A DNA stretch of 64,000 bases from an uncultured Acidobacteriaceae bacterium (GCA_963793845.1 CAWCBG010000002.1:743562-807561), one strand, 5' to 3'. Positions 39,084-48,902 are shown, counted from the stretch's first letter. Program-made: numbers and translations. Notes: generated by a model not told the origin, from the sequence alone.

Positions 39084-39117
39084 ATGCCGATTTTACGCTG
39101 CACGGTTGAGCAATCGG

Positions 39118-40203
39118 CTATTCGAGGTCGCCCTTGGCTGGGTTGTAGTAGAAACGGAAGCGCAGCGCCAGATAAGGCCCGTGGAATTCGCCGGGCAGCG
39201 GGGCAAACGGGTTAGAGGCCGTGATGCCGCCCCAGGCCGCGCGATCAAGCGCAACGTCCCCGGAAGGGGCAGAGAGCTTCATCCCCGCTACTTTGCCATC
39301 GGGCAAGATCACAAAATCGATTGCAAGCTTGCCCCGCTCCATCAAGGGCGCACGCGCCGCCTCGGGAATAAGGTTGTACCAATTCCTGCGGACTGCCTCA
39401 AGCACGCGCTGCAGGTAAGGGCCAAAGTCCACACCCTGGGTGTCACTCAAGACTTCGAGGTTGCCCATGGTCCGGGCCGATCCACCTGGGCCAGCGCCGT
39501 AGTCGCCGCCACCGCCACCCGAGCTGAAGCTGCCGCGCCCGGCGGCTACGGATTGCGCCGCCTGCCGGGTCAGGTCGCCTGGGGCCTTCATCATCTGGGC
39601 AAAGTTAGGCGTGTTGCCGCCGCCCTGCTGCGGAGTCGGCAGCTTCGGGCTGGCCATCGGCGGTGTTAACTGCGCAGTCTGCTGTCCTTGCTGCTGCGGC
39701 GCCGGCTGACCTTGCGGCATCGGCATCTGCGAAGGCGGAGCTGCCTGGGCGCTCGGCCCCGGGGTGCCTGCCCGTTTCAACTCTTCCAACGTCTTCTGAT
39801 CGATGGAGGGATGGCGGCTCATCGCGATCCGGTTCTTGTCGGAGAGGATCTTCGCGTCAGCAGGAGCCTTCGGGGGCGGCTTTTGCAGATCGGGAGGCAT
39901 GTCGAGATAGGTCAACTGCTTGTCCCGCAAAAGGTCTGCCGGCGATACCAGCACCACCGGGCGGCCGCCGTTGAAAATTCTAGGCGAGAAGGCAAGGAAG
40001 ATGACAACGAACAGATGGACGACCACCGAGATCCAGAACGCTTCGCGCATGCGCGAACGCTCAAGATCGTCCTCCATCTGAATCAGCACATGAGGGGTAA
40101 GATCGATGCCGTTTGGAAGGGTGCTGCTCCACAAGGCAAGCTGCCGCTCATCTTCCGAAGAAGGACCGGTAGGGGTGTCGGGCGGTGTAAGTATTGATGC
40201 CAT
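39118..40203 (-). CDS. TonB-family protein (TM anchor, Pro/Gln-rich spacer, TonB_C domain)
   Basis: FWISVVVHLFVVIFLAF, the spacer PPPKAP..PQGQPAPQQQGQQ, and a C-terminal GKLAIDFVILPDGKVAGMKLSAPSGDVALDRAAWGGITASNPFAPLP. Confidence 0.75.
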   Translation of the reverse strand: MASILTPPDTPTGPSSEDERQLALWSSTLPNGIDLTPHVLIQMEDDLERSRMREAFWISVVVHLFVVIFLAFSPRIFNGGRPVVLVSPADLLRDKQLTYLDMPPDLQKPPPKAPADAKILSDKNRIAMSRHPSIDQKTLEELKRAGTPGPSAQAAPPSQMPMPQGQPAPQQQGQQTAQLTPPMASPKLPTPQQGGGNTPNFAQMMKAPGDLTRQAAQSVAAGRGSFSSGGGGGDYGAGPGGSARTMGNLEVLSDTQGVDFGPYLQRVLEAVRRNWYNLIPEAARAPLMERGKLAIDFVILPDGKVAGMKLSAPSGDVALDRAAWGGITASNPFAPLPGEFHGPYLALRFRFYYNPAKGDLE

Positions 40204-40408
40204 CCGTGGATCAAGTACGCCTTGAGCTCAACCACTTAGACGCCCTGTGACCCGCGGGAGTCATACTTTTCCCTGGGAATGGCGCAACGGTAGTAAACCC
40301 GGCAGCTGCTTGCGAGTTCTGACCTCTATTTTCGCATAAATACCCGTATCTATGTCTTTCCCGATTTCGTGCCAAAGAGTTCCATCGTACGTTCGGTACA
40401 CTGAACTC

Positions 40409-42314
40409 ATGAAAGCCGTCATCGTGGGCACGGCCGGACATATCGATCACGGAAAGAGCGCCTTGGTGCGGGCCCTGACCGGCACCGATCCTGACCGCCT
40501 GGAGGAAGAGAAGCGCCGCGGTATCACCATCGATATCGGCTTTGCCAATCTCGATCTGGATGGCCCAAAGGGCGAGCGGATTCGTATTGGCTTTGTCGAC
40601 GTGCCGGGCCATGAGCGCTTTGTACGCAACATGCTGGCCGGAGTTGGAGGCATCGACCTGGTATTGCTGGTCATCGCGGCGGACGAATCGGTCAAGCCTC
40701 AGACCCGTGAGCATTTCGACATCTGCCGCATACTCTCGGTCCGGCGCGGCATTACCGTGCTCACCAAGGCCGATCTGGTGGATGCCGACACTCTTGAGGT
40801 CGTGCGCTTGGAGGTCTCGGAGTTTCTCAAAGCATCCTTCCTCGACCCGGCGAACTCTCCGATCGTTGCTGTCAGCTCGAAGAACCGGCGATGGTCTGGA
40901 CGAGCTTAAGAGTGAGCTGGCGCGACTGGCTGGCGAAGCTCCCTCGAAAGATTCGACGGCCGTATTTCGCCTGCCCATCGACCGGGTCTTCACCATGAAA
41001 GGGTTCGGAACGGTGGTGACCGGCACATCCATTTCGGGCAGCGTGTCGAAAGAGCAGGAAGTAGAGCTGCACCCGGCCGGACGGCGCTTGCGCGTTCGTG
41101 GCGTGCAGGTCTACGGCCAACCGGCCGAGCAAGCTATTGCCGGACAGCGTACTGCGCTGAATCTCGCCGGAGTCGAAACCAGCGAGCTGGCAAGGGGCAT
41201 GATGCTTACGCCCGCCGGACTCTTTCGCCCGACTTCGCGCCTCAGCGTGCGTCTCGATCTGCTGGCTTCGGCCAAGCCCTTGCGCGACCGGGCCCGCGTG
41301 CATCTTCACGCGTTCACCGCCGAAACGATTGCGGAGGTCAGTCTGCTGAGTGCAAAGTCGCTGAAACCCGGCGAGTCCGGCTTCGCACGATTGAAGCTCG
41401 ACGAGCCGCTGCTGCTGTTTCCCGGGGACCGCTTCATTGTCCGGCAGTTTTCTCCCGTCATTACCATCGGCGGAGGACTGGTGCTCGACATCTCCGAGCC
41501 GGTGCGCCGCACGAAACCGGAAGAGCGCCTGGCGTTTCTCCAAACACTCATAAGCGCGAGTCCTCAGGAGGCACTGCTGGCGCGTGTGAGCCGCCGCGGC
41601 GCAAATGGGCTGTCGATCTCGGAGACGGTCGCGGAAACCGGATACTTGCCGGCACAGGTCAGTAAACTTGCGGCTGAACTCGCGAAGAGCGGCAAAGTTG
41701 TACGGCATGATGATCTTCTGGTTGACTTCATCAGCCTGGAGAGACTGCGGGGGCGTCTGCTGACCGAAGTCAATGCATTTCACAAGGCCAATCCACTGGT
41801 CGCAGGAATCGGCAAGGAGCAGTTGCGCGAGCAGATGGCATTGCGGCCCGAGGTCTTCCGCGGCGTGCTCGATGCGCTGGTCAGCGAAAAGAAGGCTGTG
41901 GTTGCCGGCGAAGTTGTCCATGCTGCGGGGCGGGGCGTGGAGATGCGCGACGAAGAGGCGGAGTCGAAAAAACAGATCGAGCAGGCTTTCGCGAAGGCCG
42001 GGCTGAAGGTCCCCGCGCTCAACGATGTCCTGGCGTCGTTGCCGGTGGACAAAGTCAGGGCGCAGAAGATTGTCACCCTGCTGCTGCGCGAGCGTGTGCT
42101 GGTGAAGCTCGCCGACGACCTGGTGTTTCATCGCGATGCGCTCGAAGCGCTGCGCCGGCAGATGGTCGCGCAGAAGACGAAGACACCGAAACTGAATGTT
42201 GCCGTGTTCAAAGATCTCCTGGGAGTCTCGCGCAAGTATGCGATTCCCTTGCTCGAATATCTCGACCGTGAACGCGTAACCCGCCGCGTCGGGGATGAGC
42301 GGGTTATTCTGTAA
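40409..42314 (+). pseudogene. selB: selenocysteine-specific elongation factor SelB, single inserted A at about 40883 (probably a sequence error)
   Basis: [27 protein letters not shown] and TKADL. At ..IVAVSSK(aac cgg) the frame breaks; removing one A gives [36 protein letters not shown], continuing through the winged-helix C-terminus of ORF 40542..42314. Confidence 0.85.
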
Positions 42315-42366
42315 ACGCACTCTTCGCTTTTCGCTCATGGCTCTTCGCCCTAACGATCTTGATTCG

Positions 42367-43704
42367 ATGACCAAATCAATTCGCATCATCGGCGCCGGTC
42401 TGGCCGGCTCGGAAGCAGCATGGCAATGCGCCCGCCGCGGGCTCTCGGTGGAGCTGTATGAGATGCGCCCGTCGCGTACGACTCCGGCGCATCAAACGGC
42501 GAACTTCGCGGAATTGGTGTGCTCCAACTCGCTCAAGTCCGACAGCGAAAACACCGCGCCCTGGCTGCTGAAGGAAGAGATGCGCCGCGCCGGATCGCTT
42601 CTGATCGAGATCGCGCGCACGACATCAGTTCCCGCAGGCCACGCACTGGCTGTCGATCGCGAGAAGTTTTCTGAAGCGGTGACCGCTGCCATCGAGGGCG
42701 AACCACTCATCCGCGTGGTCCGCGAAGAAGTCACAACCATTCGCGAGAACCAAGCCATCACCATCATCGCCACTGGCCCTTTGACTTCCGATGCCTTGTC
42801 GCAAGAAATCATTCGCCTCAGCGGCAGCCAGCAGCTCTACTTCTACGACTCGATCAGTCCCATCGTCGAAGCCGATTCTATCGACATGTCGCGCGTCTAT
42901 ATGGCGGCGCGCTATGACAAGGGCAGCGCCGACTACATCAATTGCCCGATGACGCGCGACGAGTACGATCGTTTTCTCGACGCGCTGCTGGAGGCGCACT
43001 CGGTCGACGCCAAGGACTGGGAGAACCTGAACTACTTCGAGAGCTGCCTGCCCATCGAGGAGATCGCTCGTCGTGGCCGCGATACTCTCCGCTTTGGGCC
43101 GATGAAGCCGGTCGGCCTGCGCGATCCGCGCACCGGGTACATGCCCTACGCAGTTGTGCAGTTGCGCCAGGAGAATCTTCGCGCCGACTCCTACAATCTG
43201 GTCGGCTTTCAGAATCACCTTAAGTTTGGCGATCAAGCTCGAGTGCTGCGGCTCATTCCCGGCCTGGAGAACGCGAAGTTCCTGCGTTACGGCCAGATTC
43301 ACCGCAACACCTATGTCAACGGACCCGCGCTGCTGCGCGAAACCCTCCAGATGAAAGAGCATCCCAACGTGCTCTTCGCCGGACAGATCTCCGGAGTCGA
43401 GGGCTACGTTGAGTCGATCGCGACGGGATTGCTCGCCGGTATGCAGGCTGCCGCGCTGGCGACGAACGCCCAGCCGATACCGCCTCCGCGGGTGACCGCC
43501 TTCGGCGCGCTGGTGAATTACATCTGCCATGCCGAGCCCAAGAACTTCCAGCCCGCCAACATTACCTTCGACCTGCTGCAACCCCTCGACGAGGAGACGC
43601 GCCGCCGCATTCGCGACAAGAAGCAGCGCCACGCCATGGTGTGCGAGCGGGCCCTGGCGGAACTCGATCGGTGGCTGGCGGATCAGATGAGCACCGTCTC
43701 TTGA
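42367..43704 (+). CDS. trmFO: methylenetetrahydrofolate--tRNA-(uracil-5-)-methyltransferase
   Basis: IRIIGAGLAGSEAAWQ, ELVCSNSLKSD, FAGQISGVEGYVES. Confidence 0.85.
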   Translation: MTKSIRIIGAGLAGSEAAWQCARRGLSVELYEMRPSRTTPAHQTANFAELVCSNSLKSDSENTAPWLLKEEMRRAGSLLIEIARTTSVPAGHALAVDREKFSEAVTAAIEGEPLIRVVREEVTTIRENQAITIIATGPLTSDALSQEIIRLSGSQQLYFYDSISPIVEADSIDMSRVYMAARYDKGSADYINCPMTRDEYDRFLDALLEAHSVDAKDWENLNYFESCLPIEEIARRGRDTLRFGPMKPVGLRDPRTGYMPYAVVQLRQENLRADSYNLVGFQNHLKFGDQARVLRLIPGLENAKFLRYGQIHRNTYVNGPALLRETLQMKEHPNVLFAGQISGVEGYVESIATGLLAGMQAAALATNAQPIPPPRVTAFGALVNYICHAEPKNFQPANITFDLLQPLDEETRRRIRDKKQRHAMVCERALAELDRWLADQMSTVS

Positions 43705-43880
43705 GTGCCCCACAGATTTCAGGCTCGACGAGCGGAAATTTGTTTCGGATGACGCCTGCGAAGGCAAATCCAACGCCATCCCTTAGCGAAAAGAGCGGGC
43801 CGCGGCCATGTTCACTAAGTGTGTATCATAGGCGACAATTCAACTTGCGGATGGATCGCAGGGCGAAAGCTCCGAATTGA

Positions 43881-44081
43881 GGTACCCCCCTCCCCCCTCA
43901 CCTCGTGCGAAATGGGAAAATCAAGAAATTATCAATGACTTAGGAGGATTTCTGCACCAGTAAGTGCCTGCGGCTCAAGATTTTACTTATAAGCTAAATG
44001 GAATCAAGATTTTGCGGCGATCGGTGCAAAATATTGATTCGGCTGAAGTTAAAGGTCAAAATCTTGAGCGCCAAGGACTTA
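43881..44081. repeat. repeat family D: C-rich box GGTACCCCCCTCCCCCCTC followed by five ~24-nt AAAATMTTGA..N..(G/C)TTA units in a nested inverted arrangement
   Basis: Units at 43917-43942 (+), 43961-43984 (-), 43990-44013 (-), 44028-44051 (+) and 44058-44081 (+). Units 2/5 and 3/4 pair as inverted repeats around about 44020. About 43% GC. Confidence 0.6.
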
Positions 44082-44382
44082 GGTCCGATTTCCGTGAAGC
44101 CAGCCCAAAAGTGTGTTACTGGAATAGTTAACAGAGCGGCGGTCTCGGAACGCTGAATGTCAAAGAGCGCATACAGCCTGGCGGCCTCGCGATGAGCGGA
44201 AACCGGCGAAGACACACCAATCCCATGGTCCTCGCTCGATCAACATAGCGCCGAGGCCGGAACACCTGCTAGTGCATAGATCACGTTCGTGTGTGATAAG
44301 AGATCCGGTTTACCACGGGGGCACGGAGAAAGCGAAGAAAAGGAAGGGGAACAGTCCAAGAGATATTCTCGTCTCCTTGACA

Positions 44383-44510
44383 GTCGTCATTCCGACCAAG
44401 GCCTTCAGGCCGCGTGGAGGAACCTGCTTTTCCTCAATGTCTGCGCAACGTCCGTAACAGCAGGTTCCTCCACTCCACTCCGCTACGCTCCGCTCCGGTC
44501 GGAATGACGA
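44383..44510. repeat. repeat family A, full palindromic copy
   Basis: gtcattccgacc...ggaggaacctgct...agcaggttcctcc...ggtcggaatgac forms nested inverted repeats. Confidence 0.65.
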
Positions 44511-44614
44511 ATGGTTGCGTTTCCTCTTCAGTGACTACTCTTCTGCCGCGTGCCCGGGTCTCGGGTTGTCGTTCAGTCCCAAGACAACTGTTAGAGACCC
44601 GGGCGCCCGGCTCG

Positions 44615-45967
44615 TCAACCCTGAAGATCAGGAGGAAGTTTCTTAGAATCCAAGTGGCGCTCATCATGCGCGGCGGGCAAAACACGGCGAAGGGCGTTCA
44701 AGTCTCGGGTCTGGTGCCGCAATCTCAGGTACGTCTCCCACGGGTTTCCTTCGACGATGAGCTTCATATATTCACGCACGTGCTTCTGGAGATAATCCCA
44801 ATCGCCACTGTATTGGCTGCGAACAGCTTCCAACCCATCGGCGGAGATCACGGTCAAAACGCGCGCCAGTTCGAACAGTCTCATCTGGAGAACTTCATTC
44901 TCCAGCGCCTTGCCACTGAGAGTTGCACATCGAGCCGTCAGGTGCTGCTCCGCGTAGTACTGCACCCACGCGTTATCCAGCTTGAATCTGTCCACGAACC
45001 ACCGCAACGCCTGTTTCTGGACCAGAGTTGTTCCTTTGGCGCTCTGCGCGAGCGCAACTACTCTATCGCCCGCGTTCTGCGGATCGGTGAAGAGCTCCGA
45101 AATGTCCGAATCCAGAATGGCGAAGTTGGAACTGGACACAGCAGCGTGCATCAATCCCCGCTTTGAGGTGGACTGGAATACATTCCGGCGCAGATCGAGC
45201 AGATTAATGTCTTCTCGCGCGAGAAGGACTTGGACGTGGTCATCCGTGAAGCGGGCTAACAGATCCTGCGGGACCTCGTCTCTCAAAAAGGGAGGCAGGG
45301 AGTCGACCATTACGAGGGAGAGGGTCAGGGACAGGTCCGGCACAATGCGCCAGAGCTCTTCGACATGCCTGATCTTGTTCGAACTTCGGTTGCCGACGTA
45401 CTGATGAACCAAGTCCTCCAGATCGCCTGATGTGATCGTGCTTTTGGGAAGTAGCTCGGTAGCCCCGTACTTCAAGCATGCCGCCAGGTCAGAGTCGAGT
45501 AATTCAGCGGCAATGGCTAGTCTTCGCGGCACTGACACGCGCCAGAACCGTGCGATTCCGTCCTCCTGCTTCGAAGGAAACATGAATGCGGAGAGAGGCC
45601 AATGATCTTGGGTGGATACCACGAGACCGGAGGGATCGTTGATTACGCGTTCGTACAGAGCGAGCGACTCCTCATCCTTGTCATCGCTGGAAACCTTCAG
45701 CGCAGTCAGATGACGTATATAGTCATTCTGGTCTCCGCGGCCGAGTGTCTTAACGAAGTTTCGATGACGCTTCCACTTCAGAACGCCACAGTCCTCTCTA
45801 TTGCCTAGGTCGCCCAGCAGAATGTTTAGCAGGATGATTTTGTCCGCCAACGAAAGACCAGGCCAGGCCGCTTTTAGCTTCTCAAGCGACAAGGGAGTGC
45901 CTTGAGTCAGAGCGAGTAGATGGTAAGGAGTATCAGGCCGAGCGGTGATCATTCGAGCCGTGGTCAT
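44615..45967 (-). CDS. hypothetical protein, 450 aa, no recognisable domain
   Basis: Long clean ORF in a repeat-rich islet with somewhat lower GC (about 50-60% in three hand-counted lines). Predicted to be largely helical. No signal peptide or TM helix. Confidence 0.6.
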   Translation of the reverse strand: MTTARMITARPDTPYHLLALTQGTPLSLEKLKAAWPGLSLADKIILLNILLGDLGNREDCGVLKWKRHRNFVKTLGRGDQNDYIRHLTALKVSSDDKDEESLALYERVINDPSGLVVSTQDHWPLSAFMFPSKQEDGIARFWRVSVPRRLAIAAELLDSDLAACLKYGATELLPKSTITSGDLEDLVHQYVGNRSSNKIRHVEELWRIVPDLSLTLSLVMVDSLPPFLRDEVPQDLLARFTDDHVQVLLAREDINLLDLRRNVFQSTSKRGLMHAAVSSSNFAILDSDISELFTDPQNAGDRVVALAQSAKGTTLVQKQALRWFVDRFKLDNAWVQYYAEQHLTARCATLSGKALENEVLQMRLFELARVLTVISADGLEAVRSQYSGDWDYLQKHVREYMKLIVEGNPWETYLRLRHQTRDLNALRRVLPAAHDERHLDSKKLPPDLQG

Positions 45968-46295
45968 TAAGGATATTGTCGCCTGTCACCGTCGGTCGAG
46001 CCAACCAAAATGATGAGGCTACTGAGTTCAACGATCGCTCATGTCGAGACTGCAAGGGCGACTCACGCATCGGAGCGACGCCGCTGCCACTGCTGAACGA
46101 AGAACCCCGGAAGTGTCATGCACTACAACGCTTGAAAGCCATTGCCGACGCCAGGCCAGTTTCGTCCCAGCCCATCTGGGATCAAGCTTGTCGTGCGGGT
46201 CCCTTTTCCGCATACTGCCAAGGAACTTCTCATCGTTAAGAAGCGTATTACCTGGTGAGTGGCTCCGCCTCCTGACGAGTCGCCGCCGGCCCAAA

Positions 46296-47555
46296 ATGGT
46301 TTTCCGCGATCTCATCCGCGATGTGTTTGGAACGCTGTGGGCGCACAAGCTGCGCACCGCGCTCACCATGTTCGGCATTGCATGGGGTGTCATCTCCATT
46401 GTGCTGATGGTGGCGGCGGGAGAAGGACTGCGCGTGGGACAGGCCAAGGTTTCGGCCAATTTCGGCAAAGACCTGATCATCATCTTCGCCGGGCGCACCA
46501 GCCTTCAGGCAGGCGGGACGCGCGCCGGACGCCGCATTGAGTTCGTCGACACCGATATCCCCGTGCTCCAGGCCGACTCGCCCGATTGCGAATGGGTCAT
46601 TCCCGAACTGGAAACCAGCCGCGTCAAAATCCATAGCAACTACAACGCCAGCGGACAAACCGTCACCGGATCGTATCCGCCATTCGCCGACATCCGCAGC
46701 ATTAGCGTGGCCGATGGCCGGTTCTACAACTGGAGCGATCTGGCCGAGACCCGTCGTGTCGCCTTCCTCGGCACCGAGGTGAAGAAGCAGCTCTTTGCCG
46801 GACGCAACCCCGTCGGCGAATACATCTACCTCGACGACATCCCCTACAAAGTCATCGGCACGATGAAGACGAAGGACCAGGATTCCAGCTACGACGGTTT
46901 CGACATCAACAAGGTTTATGTCCCGTACTCCGCCATGCACGAGGATTTTCCTAACAAGCCTCCGGCGACGCCACATGGTTTCGATCAGTTGCTGGTGACG
47001 CCGAAGTCGGTCGAGCAGCATGAAGCGTGCAAGGGCCAGGTCATCGGCTCACTGGCGCGATTGCATAACTTCGATCCCCACGACAAGGAAGCGGCCGGGA
47101 TCTGGGACACCATCGAAGAGGCGCAGGCATTCAAGCAGATGACCGATGGCATGAAGTACTTCCTCGGAGCCGTCGGACTGACGACGCTGTTCCTGGGCGG
47201 ACTGGGCGTGATGAACGTGATGCTGGTGGCGGTGCGTGAGCGTACCCGTGAAATTGGCGTGCGCAAGGCGGTAGGCGCGCAGTCTCACAACATCATGATG
47301 CAGTTCTTCGTCGAGACGATGATTGTCGTGGCCGTGAGCGGCGGGTTGGGGATGGGGATTTCGTTTGGCATCTGCGCCTTGATCGATCTGCTGCCGATGC
47401 CACAGTACTTTGCCGGACTGTTGCCGACGTGGCAGTCAGGGCTCTTGTCGGTAGGCCTTCTTGGACTTGTCGCGGTGCTGGCCGCGATGTATCCGGCGCG
47501 GCGGGCAGCGTCCATCGATCCGATCGAGGCCCTGCGCTACGAGGCGGGTGGATAA
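46296..47555 (+). CDS. ABC transporter permease, MacB/FtsX family
   Basis: Trimmed to MVFRDLIRDVFGTLWAHKLRTALTMFGIAWGVISIV. Has a MacB periplasmic domain, and a C-terminal FtsX module ending YPARRAASIDPIEALRYE. Confidence 0.8.
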   Translation: MVFRDLIRDVFGTLWAHKLRTALTMFGIAWGVISIVLMVAAGEGLRVGQAKVSANFGKDLIIIFAGRTSLQAGGTRAGRRIEFVDTDIPVLQADSPDCEWVIPELETSRVKIHSNYNASGQTVTGSYPPFADIRSISVADGRFYNWSDLAETRRVAFLGTEVKKQLFAGRNPVGEYIYLDDIPYKVIGTMKTKDQDSSYDGFDINKVYVPYSAMHEDFPNKPPATPHGFDQLLVTPKSVEQHEACKGQVIGSLARLHNFDPHDKEAAGIWDTIEEAQAFKQMTDGMKYFLGAVGLTTLFLGGLGVMNVMLVAVRERTREIGVRKAVGAQSHNIMMQFFVETMIVVAVSGGLGMGISFGICALIDLLPMPQYFAGLLPTWQSGLLSVGLLGLVAVLAAMYPARRAASIDPIEALRYEAGG

Positions 47556-47557
47556 CC

Positions 47558-48830
47558 ATGCGTGCAGCGATTTCCATGATGGGCGAGATTATCGAGGAAG
47601 CCTGGATCGCCCTGCGTCGCAATCGCTCGCGCAGCCTGCTGACTATGCTGGGCATCGTGTGGGGGATCGTCGCGGTGACCCTGCTGATCGCCTACGGCAG
47701 CGGATTCCGGCACGTGCTGGTCGCCGCCTTCGATGCGTTTGGCAGTAGCACCGTCATTGCGTGGCCGGCCCAGACCAGCGAACAGCCGGGCGGCCAGCGT
47801 GCCGGCAAGCAAGTCAAGTTCGAGCACGACGACCTGGAAGCCGTTCGCCAGGAAGCCACCATGGTAAGACACGTCTGCCTGGAGACCGTGAAGTGGCTGC
47901 CTATTTCCTACGGCGATCGCCTGGCCAACACCGCGATTCGCGGAGTGTGTCCGGAGTACGGCGAGATGCGCAACGAACGCGCCGTTGACGGCCGTTGGCT
48001 CAATCCGGCGGACGAAGTCGAGCGCAGGCGCGTCGTCTTTCTCGGCTTCAAGGTGAAGGACCAGCTCTTCAGCGGGAGAAACGCCATCGGCGAGACCGTG
48101 GAGATCGCGGGAGTGCGCTTCACCGTGGTTGGTGTTATGGATCGAAAGATCCAACTGTCCAACTATTTCACCAGCGACGACAAGTCGGTATTCATCCCGT
48201 TCGCGGCGGCAGGCGATGTGTGGAATACGCGCTATTCGCAGGTGATGGTGTTCACGCCGGTGGCGCCGCAATTCGAGAAGAAGGCCAAGGCACAGGTGCT
48301 GGCGGCGATCGCGCAACGGCAAGGCTTCTCGCCCACCGATCAGAAGGCGATCCAGATGTTTGGACGCGAGGAATTTCGGCCGGTGATTGACGGCCTCACC
48401 ATCGGCTTGCAAGTGCTGCTGCTATTCATTGGGGCACTGACCCTCGGCATCGGCGGCGTGGGCGTGATGAACATCATGCTGGTGTCGGTGGATGAGCGCA
48501 TTCGCGAGATCGGGCTGAGGCGTGCGCTCGGAGCGCGAAAGTGGCACATCCGTTTTCAGTTCCTGGCGGAAACCATGCTGCTGATGCTGCTCGGCGGGGT
48601 TATCGGCGTGGTGCTGTCGTATCTGCTTTCGATGTTGATTCCTACATTGCCGATGCTCGGGCCGCTGTTCGAAGACACTTCGGGCAAGGGCGACATTCAT
48701 TTGCAGATTTCCGCGTTCGCGGTGCTGGGCTCGTCAGTTGTGCTGCTATTTCGTGGGAGTCCTGAGCGGCATGGTGCCCGCGCTGCGCGCCTCGAAGTTG
48801 GATCCGGTGGACGCGCTGCGATACGAGTAA
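47558..48830 (+). pseudogene. ABC transporter permease, MacB/FtsX family, +1 frameshift at about 48740-48746 (probably a sequence error)
   Basis: RNRSRSLLTMLGIVWGIVAV.. is intact until ..AVLGSSVV. The following frame reads CYFVGVLSGMVPALRASKLDPVDALRYE then a stop, which is the canonical FtsX C-terminus. Confidence 0.75.
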
Positions 48831-48902
48831 AACTCGTCTCATAAGCACCCGAAACTTTCCTTGTCGGCAGTCTGACGAAAAAGTCAGAGCCATAGATCCC
48901 TC

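Noticed and set aside
43917-44081. The repeated ~24-nt units as a CRISPR array.
   Set aside because: The units are in mixed orientation, the spacing is irregular (6-18 nt), the sequences are degenerate, and there are no cas genes. This is not CRISPR architecture.
43994-44215. A 73-aa ORF (minus strand) in the islet.
   Set aside because: Its C-terminal half is a translation of the AAAATCTTGA repeat units. It has a GTG start without a clear RBS and no recognisable motif. It is more likely a repeat-generated ORF.
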